A stretch of 63,231 nt of DNA, counting the filler, from Hyphochytrium catenoides (Eukaryota; Protista; Hyphochytriomycota): NCBI GenBank assembly GCA_900088475.1. It is 10 parts of 10 records of this genome, joined end to end, with 100 filler letters (N's around TTAATTAATTAA, not from the genome) between each part and the next. Parts side by side here need not be neighbours in the genome. Positions count along the whole stretch, not along the records: positions 1 to 12,936 come from FLMG01001374.1; positions 13,037 to 33,623 come from FLMG01000457.1; 8 more parts are not named here. One strand, written 5' to 3'. Below the pieces are notes generated by a model. That model saw only the letters and a list, made by a program, of their open reading frames with translations. It was not told the origin of the DNA and ran no database searches. How positions within the stretch are numbered: the first letter of the stretch is position 1; each line of letters starts with the position of its first letter. Position numbers and translations under genes: made by a program. Shown piece after piece: positions 1-13,135 of the stretch.

Positions 1-561
1 TGGCCAGCTTAGCTTTTAGATTTCCCAGGTGATACTCCGTCGCCTTGTTCTTCTGAGTCCTTTTCATCTCATCCTCTGAGAGAGAGAGAAAGAGAAGACG
101 GGCAAAGGAGAGAGAGAGAGAAGATAGAGAAAGGGAAAGACAGACAGAGAGAAATACAGCAGGGAGAGAAACAGAGAGAGAGAAGTGTGGTCGATGGTAA
201 GAGGAGGGCGGGGGAGGAGATAGAGAAGGAACCATTAAAGGAAAAGAAGAAGCAGTGCAGAGAGAACAGAGGAAGGAGAAAGGATGGAGGAACAGGAGAG
301 AGAGAGAGAGAGGGAGAGAGAATTGTGAAAAAAGAAACCCCGAAATGGAGAGAGGGGGAGAGAGATGGGGAGAGAAAGAGAGAGATGGAGAGAGAGAGAT
401 GGAGGGAGAGAAAGAGAGCTATAGAGAGACAGCAGACAGAGAGAGAGGGGGAGAGCCCCAGAGAGAATCGGAGCCACACTATTATGACTTCAAAAGCAAG
501 CAGCAGCCTCGGCTCTCCTACATCCCTTACCGATCTCTTTGATACGCTCCACGATCCCCAT
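1..561 (-). CDS. DRG2: Developmentally regulated GTP-binding protein 2 (DRG2/Rbg2-like), 5' part only
   Basis: Exon 1 561-531 ([10 protein letters not shown], then gtaag donor) spliced to exon 2 75-1 (after cag) gives [35 protein letters not shown], the conserved DRG N-terminus; ATEYHLG is DRG2-type. The gene runs off the window edge. Confidence 0.92.
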
Positions 562-1338
562 GGTTCCAAAATAAAGACGGCCTAAGCCCACAGAGCGATA
601 CGGCCAACAATATGGGGACAGAGAGGGAGAGAGAGAGAGAAGAAAAGAGAACGAGAAAGACTTCTAAGAGGAAAGGGAGAGCTATGGCCTTTCCGTCCTT
701 TCTCTCCTGAGGTTTGTGCCTGCAGCCTTCACAGCAGGGCAGCGACGGAGATCAGTGATGACCCTTTATCACGCAAAGAAGGAAGATGCCCGCTGCTGAG
801 AGAGGCTTGAAGAGAGTCAAGGTTGTCGCATAACGTTATCTCTCCTTAGATCCTCGACAATGCCTTACGAAGCCGATAGGAAGAGGCCAGCGAAAGAGAG
901 GCGCTCACTAAAAGCACGAAGTGGGAAAGAAGAGGAAGAGAGAAGAGACAGACAGAGAGACAGACAGAGAGACAGACAGAGAGAGCGAGAGAGCGAGAGA
1001 GCGAGAGAGCGAGAGAGCGAGAGAGCGAGACAGAGAGACAGAGAGACAGAGAGAAAGAGAGAGAGAGAGAGAGAGAGNNNNNNNNNNNNNNNNNNNNNNN
1101 NNNNNNNNNNNNNNNNNNNNNNNNNNNNNCAGCCTCAGTGGGTGTCTTTCTTGGGTGAGAATCATTCCTCTTCAGGATAAGTATTAGGAATGAATGTAAG
1201 TGCTATCTTGAATAGTCTCTGATTTGGAGCATGATGCAACCTTACCTGGGGGCGGTCTGGAACGATCGTCCAAATGTGGCAAGGAAGAAGAGGAATCCGT
1301 TTCTGCCTCCACCTTTGTCACCTCTTTTTTTCTCTCTC

Positions 1339-1380
<42 letters not shown>

Positions 1381-1975
1381 TTCATCACTTTCTCTCTCTC
1401 TCTCTTCTCTCTCTCTCCTTTCATCACTTTCTCTCTCTCTCTCTTTCTCCCTCTCTCTCCCTCTCTCTCTCTCTTACACATGGCTCTCGCTCATGGTTCA
1501 TGGCCAACCTTGCGAACTTGATCTTGGTTCGCTCCTCTTTCCCTTCCGACATCCTTTCTACGCCAACACTCCTCGTGTTCTCATCCATGGCCATCTCTCT
1601 TTCTTCCACATACTAGTCAGATCTCATCTTTTTGTTCACAGAGTTCGCGCTTGCACCTTCGTCTGAAGAAACAGAGGAGACGAGAGAAAAAAGGAGAAAG
1701 AATCCTCAATTTTCAGAGCTTCCTCTGTCGCTCCTCTCCCACTCTCTCTTCCCTGCTCTAGGCTTGTTGACACGCAGCGTAAAGGAGAGAGGGAGGGAGA
1801 GACAGAACGAGAGCACCTGCGGTGGAGCTCAGTCGTTGGGTCAGGGAGAGAGAGAGACAGCAGGTGATGGGAAGAGAAGGACCTTAGACTGTCTCTTTCT
1901 CTCTCTCTTTTCTCTTGCCTACTCTGCGCTCGACGAAAGGCCCTTTGGGCCCCGAGGCCCTGCCCTGCAGGAAAG

Positions 1976-2305
1976 ATGATGCAAGAAGTAGACGAGGTAA
2001 TCGCCGGAGCATGAGAGATAGAGGCACGATCTATGCGCGAAAGAACAAGAGAGAGTGGAGAGAGAGAAAGAGAGGCGAAGGGGAGAGAGAATGAGAGAGA
2101 GAGAGAGAGAGAGAAAGAAGAGGGAGCGAGAGAGAGAAGCATGGATAGCTGTCATCGTTCTTCGGCCCCCTGATCTGACTGCTAACATAACTTCTTTCCA
2201 TCCTTTTCCTGTCCCTCCTTGTCTCTCTTGTCCCTTTGCCTGTACTGCTGTGTCTCTGCCTCTGTCTCTATGTCTGTCTGTCTGCTTCTGTCTCTCCCTC
2301 CCTCC

Positions 2306-2369
<64 letters not shown>

Positions 2370-2587
2370 AACGATGCAGGACGAGGCCATGCCTCCAAGA
2401 TTGTCCTCTCCTCCTTCTAGCTCTTCTCTCCTTCCTCCTCCTCTTTATCTCGCCACTGATCCTCCTTTCGAAAGCGGAGAAGGAGAGAGAGAGAGAGACT
2501 TCTCCAATATTTTGGAAGGGTTTCTCTGGAAGTTTCCCTCAGAAGGCTTCAATAGCAGCGCACAAGGTAAGAGAACAGATGAAAGCA

Positions 2588-2635
<48 letters not shown>

Positions 2636-4580
2636 AGAAGGTTAACAAGACAGAAGGCCGAAGAAAGCAATGGGTAGAGGCGACCTGCAGTTGCAAAAGT
2701 ATTGGACTTCAGGAGAGAGAGAGGCAGGGACCGTGTGAATGTCTAACGCTCTTCTTCCCTCTTTTATCAAAATTCTTACTTTCTCTCTCTTGTTCTCTCC
2801 TTTTCTCTCTTCTTCTCTCTCCCTTTTTGTTTATCTCTCTCTGTATCCTTCTCATTATTAAAGCTGAGGAACAGGAGAGCGCCGCTGGCGCTTCTTCTTA
2901 CCCTTCAAAATGTCTTCTATGTCCTGTCTGGGTCTCAAGTGAGAGCGAGTATCAGATCCATCTGCAGACCTGCAAAGGGAAAGAAACCTTGAGAGAGAGA
3001 GAAGAGAGTCAGGACCAGCTAGAAGAAGAAGAAGAGGAGGAAGAAGAAGAAGAAGGCGGAACAGACCTTGAGAGTGAAGAAGAGAGTGATGGCCGAGGAC
3101 AAAGGAGAAGAGAGAGAAAAAGAGAAGGAGGGAGTGCTTTGAAGAGAAAGCATAGTCCATCTCATGGTAGAGAAAAGAGACGTCTCGGCATCCCGCGAAA
3201 GTTTTTCTTCCGTTTAGACCTGGACGCTGACTCTCTGCAGGTCAGAGACATACCATTTTGTCGCCTCTCTCTTTATCTCTCTCCTTCCCTCTCTCTCTCT
3301 CTCTCTCTCTCTCTTCCCCTTCTTTTCTCTCCTTCCCTCTGTCCAACTCTCTACGTGTGTGTGTTTCTTCTCCATGTCGTTGTGTGTCTCTTTCTCTCTT
3401 ACTCTCTTGCCGTTTATCTCCTGCTGTCACCTCTTTTCCCACGCCCTCTCCCTATTTCTGACTCTTTCTCTCTCTCTCTCTCTCCAACTCTTCCCGTGCG
3501 CCATTCACTTGGTTGACTCGCTCTTTCTTTCCTCGGATGTCACTTGTTCTTTCATTCTCTTCTCTCCGTAGTGGGCTGAAGAAGAGAAAGGAGTTCAGCT
3601 TCAGCAGCAGTCAAGCTTCCCTTATAGTATCAAGCTCTCCTCTATTCTCTCTGTAGAGAGAGGCACTGCGGGAGAGAGAGAACAAGAGAGAGTGAGAGAA
3701 GAGAGAGAGTTGGAGAGAGAATGCTTAACAATCAAAACCACGGATAGGATGCTTTTTCTACGAGCTGAGTCGGAAGAGCAAAGAGAGGAATGGGTGGCAG
3801 CGCTAGAAGAGTCGGTTAAAGAACTCGGTAAGAAGGGCTCTCTCTTTCTCCTTCTGGTCCACGCGCGGCTTTCTTTACTGGTTTGGGCATATCTTATGTA
3901 GATTCTCTCTCTCTTTTTCTCTTTTTGCTCCCTCTGTCTCTCTCTCTCTCTCTCTCTTCTTTATCTTCTCTTCGTCTCTTTCCTTTTCCATTGGCTTGCT
4001 CGAGAGCTACCTTTACTTCAGAAGCTACGTCATTGTCTACATTCTCTGTCTCCATCTCTCTCTCTGTCTGTCTGTCTCTGTCTGTCTGTTTGTCTCTCTC
4101 GCTCTCTCTCTCTCTCTCTCTCGGCTTCCCGCGTCCTCGTACGAACAGTCGTTCAATGACCGCTCGGTGCTAAACTGCTTCCTCTCCCTTTATTTTTAAA
4201 GAGAGTCGAGTCCTTGAGAAGCGTGTGGAGGAGATCTACGAGGCCATGGTAAGGAGTAGGACTCGCTCTCTTTATGACGTTGGCTTGATTTTCTTCCCTG
4301 ATCGATGTTCTTTCCTGGTTTGTGAGGCTCTCACCGCTCAGAGAGAGACACGTTTCTGATCAAGTACGCTGTCTCTCCCTTCCACGTGTCTCTCTCTTCT
4401 GCTTGGCAGAGGCGTGCGGACCTGTCAGAGCTCCAAAGGTTACTCATGGACGGCGAGCGTTCCATTCATTTTCACGACGATGACGGTTCCACTCTCCTTC
4501 ACTGTGAGACTTACCGCTTCTCATCCGTAGTTCCTCTCCCTGGCTTTCTTTCACTCTCTTTCTCCGTCTGTCTGTCTGTT

Positions 4581-4613
<33 letters not shown>

Positions 4614-7600
4614 TTTTCTCTCTCTCTCGCTCTTTTTTTTTCTCTCTCTCTTGTTTTTTTCTCTCTCTCTCTCTTTCTTTCTCTCTCTCTCTCTCTTCTT
4701 TTTTCTCTCTCTCTCTTGTTTTCTCTCTCTCCCTTTTCCTCTCTCTTGTTTCTCTCTCTCTCTTTTTCTCTCTCTCTCTTTCTTCCTCTCCCTTTTTCCC
4801 TTCCCTCTCTACCCCTACTTTTTCCATTTTCCTTGGATCCTTTTCTTGATCTCTGCTCTGCTCTGGCTCTGCTTCAGGTGCCTGTTTCTCTAGCTTTGCT
4901 ATTTCTTCTTGAGGAGATTCTCTTGTTCCTCACTCTCATTCTCTCCTTTCGGCTTCCACACCGGGCGAACAGTGGCGTGCAGCGAGGGAATGGACTGCTC
5001 CGTTATCCAATGTCTTCTCTCCACGGGGATCGATGCCAATGCTAGGAACCAGCGGTTAGATAAGGCGCTAAGCCAAATTGCTGGATACACCTCTCTCTCT
5101 ATGCCCTCCCTCTTCCTCCTCTCTCTTCTTCTCATCTTCCTCTCTCTCTCTCCTTCTTCTTTTCTGTCAATCTGTCTCTCCTCCTTCTTTTCTTTTTATC
5201 TCTTTCATCCATCTTTGCTTTGTCTCTGTCTCTTGACCGGTGTCGGTTCGATGTTCGAGGTGTCTTCCCTATTGATTCCTCTGAAACGTGCCATAACGTG
5301 TCAGTCTCATCGCTTTTCCAATCTTTTCTCCCTTGTCTTTTCCTTGCTCTTTTTTCCTCTAAACGGGGTTATCCTGCAGGGGAGAGTCGGCGTTATACCT
5401 GGCAGTCCGGTCGGGGCAGTATCTCGCCGTTCGCTGCCTCGTTGACTCTCTTCCTGGAGTATTGGACCTGAATTGCTCCTGTTCTTCGGACGGCGGCGCC
5501 ACTGCTCTGCATGCAGCGGCGGGGATGGGAAATGATGGAGTAAGTGACGGTCTTTCTTGCTGTCGGACATCTGTCACACCAGTCCTTTGATGCACTTTGG
5601 CTGCTAGTGATCATATAAGAGAGAGAATTCTCTCTTTCTGTCGTCGTGTCTGTCTCCCACAGTCTCGGAATCCCTGACATCTCTTTCTCTGATTCCTCTT
5701 AACGCTTTGCACCTTGCCCTTGTCTGCCTGGCGGTCTCTGTCTCATCCCCGTGTCTCTCTCTCTCTCTCTCTCTCGTGTGCTCTCTCTTTCCATCTCTCT
5801 GTTAACGGTATATAGTGTACGGCGTATACCTCTTCGTGGCACTCTCCACGTTCCTCTTCCGCCTTTACATCCTCTAAGGCCCTGTAGTCTCCAGGTCTCC
5901 GCTGAAACTAGCAGTACATCTTCCTCTTCTTTCTTGTTTGTCCCTCCGACCAGTTCCTTGCCGTTCCACGCTCTCTCTCCTTGAAAGGAACTAACCAAAG
6001 ACGCACCAGATCTTGACCATTCTCTTAGCCAGCGGCGCCTCACCAGACGTGAGAGACATGGCGGGCTGGTCGCCTCTCCATTATGCCGCGGCCGCCCAAC
6101 GAGATATAGAGACGAAGGAAGGCGAAGGAGAAACCGAAGAGAGAGAAGAACGAGTCTCAGCCTGTCTCCGAGCGCTGGGGACTGCGGCTCCTCATTTGCT
6201 AGACGCAGGAGACAGAGTGGGAGACACTGCGCTGCACCTCGCTGTAAGGTCAAGGTAGGATCTCCCGACACAATCCCCGACACAATAAGAAGAAAATAGA
6301 GAGAGAGAGAGAGAGAGAGACTACCAGGGAGAGATAGGCGCTAAATTCTCTCTCTCTCTTTCTCACCATTTCTCACATTCCATGGGACAGATGTTTGGAC
6401 GCTGTAGAGACTCTACTCGAGCTTGGAGCCAGCCCGATGGTGAGGAGCCTCTCAGGAATGACACCGCTCGACATAGCAAGAGAAGCAGGCTTTCGAGAGG
6501 GAGAGGCTGCCCTCTCTCTCGCAGAGAAAATGTATCAGGACGCTCTGGAAGAGTCAGCACGACGCGAGAGGCAAGAACATTCGATGTGGGATGGTTCTAC
6601 ATATATAAACGCAGAGGAGAAAGAGAAGGCACAGACTGTGCAGCCGGAGGGAAGCTACTCTATGGAGGCAGAGGGTGATGTCTCTACCCGAAGAGGGAGT
6701 ACAAAGCGCGATCGCTCGTGGGGAGAGGAAGAGAGCAATGGACAGAGCGCCGCCAGCCGCTGGGCGGACAACAGGCATCGAATGGAGAGCCAGGAGATAG
6801 AGGGAGAAGGTCATAGAGAGGAGAGCATGAGAGGGGAGAGTAAGAAGATGGAAGACCATCCGCCTAGGTACAGGCAGTACGAAGCGTATGAGTTCTCCAT
6901 GGAGAGCAGCCCTGGTGTGGAGATATACAGCCGAGAGGATAGATATCATCCCTACCACCACCAGCACCACCATCAGGAACAATATCAGACAGGAGAGAGA
7001 CAAGCGTCTCTCTCACAGTTCTCTTCTATCTCCTCTGACCTGCCCTACGCCTACAATGGCCTCAACGCCGGCCACCAGCAGTGGAACTATGGTCAGAATA
7101 ATCCTCAGAGCAGATCGTTAGACGCGACGTGGAGTCAGCAGACAGAGGCACAGCATCCCTCCGCGCAAAGAGAAGAGACACAGGATAGCTCTCTTTTTAC
7201 ACAGGCGCAGCCCCAGAACTTCCAGTCTCCCAACTACGGAGAGGTGCCACAGCAGAGCGCGCAGGCACCGATGGCTTTCCCTGTCTTTCAAGTCAATTAC
7301 GGGCCTTTCCCTCAGCCATCGCCTTACCCTCAGGAGTCCCAACATTACTCTCCTGAGTACCTGCAGGGATATCAAGGGCCCGGGCAGGCAGGCGTCGACC
7401 AGTCTCCATACTTCCATGGACAGGAGAGAGAAAGAGAGGAGAGTGGACAGGGAAGGAGAGGAGACGTGCTTTTTCCTACATCTGTCGCCTTTCCTTCCTC
7501 CTCCCCCGCTGGGAGGATGAGGCATTTGGGCTATCAGCCGCAGGAGCTGCCGCCGAACGGAAGAAGAAAGGGGCAGCACTTATCCTCTTCTGCAGCAGAC

Positions 7601-7819
7601 AAGGATCTCTCTGTACAAATGCTAATGCTGCAGTTGGCTTCTCCTCTCTCTCCTTTGAATGCTCTGCGTCCTGATGCACAGACCCGCAAGTATGTAGAAG
7701 AGAAGCAGCAGGCCCGGCGCGTGTGGAGGCGGGTGAGGGAGAGAAGAATCTTACGTCGGCGAGTGAGGTACGACCCAGGAAAGCCACCTCATGTCCCAGC
7801 AGGACAGCCTGCTTTCTGA
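1976..7819 (+). CDS. Multi-exon PH-domain + ankyrin-repeat protein with long Q/P-rich C-terminal tail
   Basis: Phase-compatible GT-AG exons give PH elements (ILEGFLWKFPS, PRKFFFRL, YSIKLSSILSV, CLTIKTTDRMLFLRAESEEQREEWVAALEE). Ankyrin motifs follow (DDDGSTLLH, GESALYLAV, GATALHAAA, GWSPLHYAA, GDTALHLAV, GMTPLDIA). The last exon is ORF 6395-7819. The start at 1976 (MMQEVDE|gtaatc) is tentative; an alternative ATG is at 2374. Confidence 0.85.
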
Positions 7820-8419
7820 GTCCCTGGGGGAAGGGAAGACAGAGCTGCACGAAGAAGAGGGAAAGATGTATGAAGAGACAGCTCTTCTAAAGTGCTAAAG
7901 TTCTCTTTCGTCCCTAGCTAAATAACCAAACTGTACAGATATTCAATAACTAGTCTCTCTCTCTCTTTCATCCTCTCGCTTGCACGGTCTCTTTGACCCT
8001 CTCTCTCTCCCCGACTCTCTCTCTCTCTTCTCCTTGTCAACCATTTGCCGTCCAATCCGGGTCTCTGTGTCACAAAAGACTAGGGTTTAGCCAGGTGAGA
8101 CGCGCCGTCTCAGTAAGGGCGATCTGTGTGCGCCTCCTCTCCGCACCTCTCTCCGATGGTGCTGCTAGCTACCTTCTAATCTTCTATAAGTGGGAGAGGG
8201 GAAGGTCGTTCCATTCCTGTTTTTCTCGCTATCTCTGGCTTGCCTAGCCCTTCTCTGGGCTAGTTACAGATGACAAGAGCAGCAACTTCCTGTCACTCTC
8301 TCTCTCTCTCTCTCTATGGGTGTGCTCCCTAGCCTCCTGTAGCGCCTACCTCGGCCATATAAATGAGAGATTGACCGTGATCCTCAGAGAAAGTAAGTAA
8401 AGCTGTGCAGACGTGGAAA

Positions 8420-8960
8420 CCCAGGCTGAAGCTTCATTAATCTTCTCACCCTACATCGCTGGGGTTTGGGCCGCGGATTGCAGCGCCGCCACTAACGCGT
8501 TGCGAAGACTAAGGGAGGCACACTGTGTGCCCAATCTATCCAAAGAACACCTCTGCCCGTCACTGGCAGCTGACCGCTGACAGAGATCGATGGCAACAAC
8601 CTAGTGTGACAAGTTAGTCGAACCACCTAAGCGCCAGGAGGTTGGCGATGGCGAGTCGGGGCAGAAGTCAGCTGAAGGAACAAAAACCTTGGCGCCATCA
8701 GGGCGACGAGGGGCTCTCTGCTTCTTCAAAAGCTACAATGCTAAGCTTCTGTGGCTAAACAACTACCACTATCTCTGCAACAAAAGCACACTGACTGGTG
8801 ACAGGTAACCAGTACTTTGAGAACTCAGCCCGTCGCGCAGGCGGAGATCCTCGGTTTCCTATCGATCGCATCGTCCACTGCTTAAGGTTAGGGTTGGACT
8901 TAGGAGCGCTTTCTGCTGGTTGGTGGGCGGCAGGTGCTCTCCAGCAAACCATCTATCGCT
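8420..8960 (+). pseudogene. Possible decayed tyrosine recombinase remnant (DIRS/Crypton-like)
   Basis: Fragmented + strand translation shows, in order, YIAGVWAADC (G-R-x-x-D/E box with R>W), HLCPSLAA (LCPVxA-like) and IVHCLRLG...GWWAAGALQQTIYR (HxLRxG...GxW...Y). It is interrupted by stops and frameshifts. Confidence 0.35.
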
Positions 8961-9074
8961 AAGGTGCTACTGTCCTCCTTTATCAGTTCTTCTTTACTGA
9001 GACCATGACCCTTGCCGAGACAACGAGTGACGGAGAGAGACGAAGTGGGATGGCCGAGCGCTATCGCCAATGTG

Positions 9075-9082
9075 CTTCTTCT

Positions 9083-9120
<38 letters not shown>

Positions 9121-9140
9121 TGCTGTTGCTGCTTTTGCTG
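9075..9140. repeat. (CTT)n/(CTG)n trinucleotide microsatellite
   Basis: Direct reading: cttcttcttcttctgctgctgctg... Confidence 0.9.
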
Positions 9141-9940
9141 CGAAGCCATAGAAAGTCTTTCCTTTGGCGCGGCGCCTCTGTTGAGATTTCTGGCATATTA
9201 TTCTTGCTGATTTCAGGAGATGGAAGCTTTTACTTTCTTATCCAAGACAAGAAGCCCAAAATAACCGAAACTAATTTCAGGAGAATTGCCTGTCACGTAT
9301 TATGTATGGATTGACTTGCTAGGTCTTTTACTCAAATAACCCCAAATAACCGAAACTAATCGAACATTGGCAAGGAGGACCGATACTGTCTGTTCCAGAA
9401 AATAGAGCCATGGAAGTCACCAACTTCGTCAGCTCTTCCTCTCTCTCTCTCTCTCTCTCTCTCTNNNNNNNNNNNNNNNNNNNNNNNNNNNNNNNNNNNN
9501 NNNNNNNTGTCTCTCTCTCTCTCTGTCTCTCTCTCTCTCTGTCTCTTCTCTCTGCTTGATCTCTCTCCATATCTCTCTCTCTACCGAACTCTCTCATCTC
9601 GATGCTAATAAATCCCACTGTCGCTTTCTCCTGTTCTCCATCACATTCTGAGTGATCTTCTCCTTCCTCCGCAACCTTCCTCTCTTCCTCTCTCCTGATC
9701 GGCCGCGAGAGAGAAAGAGAGAGAGAGAGAGAGAACTCTCTTCTTCCTCCATAAGTCTCATTTGCAATCTTCTCTCCTGATCGGCCCTCAGTCTTCATCA
9801 GCAAACATACATCATTCTCCTCTGTTGTTTCTCGCATCCACCTGGACACTTGTTCTGTCCGTTGTCTTCGTCTCTGTTATTCCTGAGCCACGTCGCTCTA
9901 TTAGTAGGGCACACTAGGCCGTAGTAAGTGTCTGGGGACC

Positions 9941-10208
9941 ATGGCCCCAGCAGAGGAGAGAAAGAAGAAGAGAAGGAGAGAAGATGGCTCTGGTCTCTCC
10001 CCTCTCTTTCTCTATAATCAGCAGCAGCAGGGGTGGCAACGGATTAACTCTCTGGCATTGTTGAGACTCGCGCCACTCGTCAGGAAGCGGCTAAGAGTGG
10101 CGGGGGAAGAGAGTAAGTCCAAGCCTTTGTCTCTCTTTCTCTCTCTCTCTCTTTTTTTCTTTTTTTTTCTTTTCTCTCTCTCTTTTTCTCTCTCTCTCCC
10201 TCTCTCTT

Positions 10209-10245
<37 letters not shown>

Positions 10246-12397
10246 GCAAGACATGCGCGAGACACTTTTTGGCGTTTGTCCATTAACTGACCTTACGCGT
10301 CCTAACCTAGACGTCTCTCGTCCTGTTATATAGACTTTATCTTTTTGTCGCCTCTTCTCCCGGTCTGTCACGTTGTGTTCCCTCTCCCTTCTTGCCTCTT
10401 CTCTATCTGAACCATCTATATTTTCCTTTCTGTGCTGCCTGTATGTCCGCTCTTGTTTTCTCCCCATCCCTCTTTCTTCTTCTCTCTCTCTCTCTCTCGT
10501 TTTGCTTTACCCATCTCTGTCATCAGTCCGTTTTAGGTTCATTGTCTTATTAAGCTTCCTCCTTGTCTCCGCAGCTGTCACGGATTCTTCCCTGTGCCGT
10601 GCTCTGTACGCTGCCGCCCAGTGGCTCCCAAGGACTCGGCCGGAAGAGGATGCGGCTCGCCTCTATGGCTCCAAAACCTCTCTGCAGCGCTTGAGAGAGA
10701 AAGTCTTTGCAAGAGAGGCGACGGCGTCTTCCTCGCCTTCTCTCTCAACCTCTTTCTCTTCGGCCTTTTCTGATGCCTGTGACACACTGACTGTCTCCCT
10801 TGTGGTCTCGGACTGGTCCGTGTACAAGCTCTTGAAGGACGCATTCATCTTGGATGCCACGTCAGAGGAGAGAGACGCAGATGCCATGGCCATGAGCATC
10901 CTCTCTCTCTCAGTGAACCAGTTACTCGGTGGCGATGGTGAGGAGAAGGAGAAAGACCGAGACTTTCGAGCAGACGAAGAGATCGTCGCTGCTTGTCGAG
11001 CGGTGGGTCCATCGAAGTCAGGCCGATGGCGTCTTTCTGCTCTCGGGCTCCCGCTTTCCCTTCTTCTACCAAAGAAGAGAACAGACGAAGTGGAGGGAGA
11101 GAAAGAGAAGAAGGAGGGCGTTTTCAGTCTTCAGATGACGGTCGCGTACCGGCCAGCTGCTGCTGACATCAGTGAGGGGATGTCCTGGTATGTCATCTGT
11201 CCAGTGAATCAGTCTGTCAGCTTTGGCATCTTCTACCCCTCTTCTCCTCTCCTCATACTGAGACTTCGGCGTAGTCAACTCCAGTCTGGTTCTTCTTTCC
11301 TCGTTTTTCCTCTTGTCTCTTTCTCTTTCTTCTTTTCTCTTTCTTTCTTTTCCCCTTTCTCTCTCTGTCTCTCCCTCTCTCTCCCTCTCCCTCTCTCCCC
11401 ACCACATCCCTCTCTCTTTTTCTTTTTCGGAGCCAATTATGCCTTCTGTCTGAGCCTTGGTCTCGTTCTCCCGTCTTCTGGTCTCTTATACGCTCTCTCC
11501 TATGTGTGGGCTACACCCTTCCAGGTACCGCCTATTAGTTCGCTATTTAAACCTCGTGGACGGCCTGGTGACGGCGAATGCCTATGTCTCTACCTTGGGC
11601 GGCGGGCATTTTCTCTGCAAGCACGTGGAGAGGGCGCAGAGCCTGGCCCGATTGCAGGCCGCCATAGCTCTTAAGCTTGGAGACCATGTGACAGCGGCGA
11701 GATGTAGAGTCAACATCGGCTACAGCCATCTGCTGGTACTATCCTCCGCCTTTCTCTCACCCATGTGACTCTCCTTTCAACACTTCTGCTTTCTTGCCAG
11801 AGGCTCCCTCTTCTCACTCTCTCTTGGCTCTTTTAGGACTGTCTTGCCAATCTTTGTCTCTCAGCTTTGCTCAACTGCTCTCTGCTATGGCGACCTAATG
11901 GGCTTTATTACAGATTGGAAACTTTAGGAGTGCAAAGCGTATCTTCAAGAGAGAGAAGAAGATTGCTATAGCGCTCCAGGTAAGCTGCTGCACATTAAAT
12001 AAGAATGCTCGGCTACATAGAGAACAGAAGTGCCTGCAGCTTCCCGTCAGTCTTCTCTCCCTCTCCCGTGCCTGGTCTCCTTTTTGGGGTCTTTTCCCTC
12101 TTTCGTACCTCTCGTTCGTCCTTCCGAGTGGGCTGGCTAGCTTCATTCTGCAGTCCGATGATCCGCCTCAGAAGTTTACCTTTTCTCTTTCCATTCCTGA
12201 CTGTCTCCGTCTCTCTTTAGAGCGGCATCCTGGAGCGGGTGGCGGAAGCAGCGCTAATATATCTCAAGAAGACGTGGGAGCTCACAAAGAAGCTCCATCA
12301 CCACAAGCTACGGCAGCGTTCGGGACCAAGAACCCATGATAATTATTACCGGCAAAGGATAGAGAAGCGGCACTGGGCGCCTAGGAATTCCGCCTAG
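9941..12397 (+). CDS. Multi-exon uncharacterised protein with C-terminal DUF4807-like helical (TPR-like) domain
   Basis: Spliced exons give ...YVSTLGGGHFLCKHVERAQSLARLQAAIALKLGDHVTAARCRVNIGYSHLL|IGNFRSAKRIFKREKKIA... and end ...HDNYYRQRIEKRHWAPRNSA* (TAG 12395-12397). The STLGG...A..LGD.....RC pattern resembles DUF4807 (from memory). Confidence 0.65.
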
Positions 12398-12936
12398 GGA
12401 GGGCACGTACGCATGAGACGCGGGGACAAGGATTACGATGATGGTTCTGAGAGTCACTTCCTACTTCCCCTATCACGGTCTCCATACCGCCGGCCCGCTA
12501 GAATTATCCCGCTGAGAGAATGAAGAATCTCTTGGGTCAAGAGTCTTTGCTTCTTGCCTCTTGCTGCCTGTAACATATCCCGCCGCTTGAGGTCTAGATC
12601 TCAATGAGGAGGCATCAGAAGCTCTTTTACCCTCTGACAGCAGCCCAGCCCTGGCTCTCCTCTCTTCTCCACTCGTCGCACCTGTCATCAAAGGTTATCA
12701 AGTGCACTCACTGCTCATACTGCTGGGGAGAGATGTGCTCTGTACAGTAGAAACAATAACGCTGAGCAATTTGGAATACCATGAGATATAGGTTGTGTTA
12801 TTGCAAATAAAACGGATTGTATACAGAACGTGGGCTTGCTTCATTTGAAAGTGGGCGTTAGCGGATATTTGTGAAACTCCTGAAGAGCTGATGATGGGAA
12901 CAAGCCATGCCTTCTAGGCTTTCCCTAACCCTCTCT

Positions 12937-13036
12937 NNNNNNNNNNNNNNNNNNNNNNNNNNNNNNNNNNNNNNNNNNNNTTAATTAATTAANNNNNNNN
13001 NNNNNNNNNNNNNNNNNNNNNNNNNNNNNNNNNNNN
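12937..13036. other. Artificial assembly linker N44-TTAATTAATTAA-N44 (first of nine)
   Basis: The identical six-frame-stop 12-mer is embedded in Ns at 12981, 33668, 46438, 48756, 51285, 52877, 59579, 60927 and 62118. Confidence 0.97.
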
Positions 13037-13095
13037 GGCTAGGGCTCCCACCCATCTCCCTTTCTTTTCTTAGGTGTCTCTCTTCCTTTGTTCGC

Positions 13096-13135
<40 letters not shown>

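Larger units (their letters stand above)
76..12936. repeat. Region dense in (AG)n/(CT)n microsatellites, mostly intronic (also 16349-16870, 50860-52830, 59730-60880)
   Basis: Direct reading; these produce the poly-RE/poly-LS ORFs and flank several N gaps. Confidence 0.95.

Noticed and set aside
860-1700. Possible small minus-strand gene between DRG2 and the PH-ankyrin gene
   Set aside because: Some splice-like signals, but no consistent frame or recognisable domain could be assembled.
69-5445. Numerous poly-LS / poly-RE ORFs (also near 10-11.6 kb, 16.3-16.9 kb, 50-52.8 kb, 59.6-60.5 kb)
   Set aside because: These are translations of (CT)n/(AG)n microsatellites, mostly intronic.
9255-9360. 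Direct repeat AAATAACCGAAACTAAT x2
   Set aside because: Only two copies with no associated structure; not an array.
12473-12691. Possible terminal exon of a minus-strand gene
   Set aside because: Low-complexity peptide with no supporting upstream exon before the gap.
12981-12992. Recurrent palindromic TTAATTAATTAA (nine copies)
   Set aside because: Always centred in 44+44 Ns: an artificial contig linker with stops in six frames, not biology.
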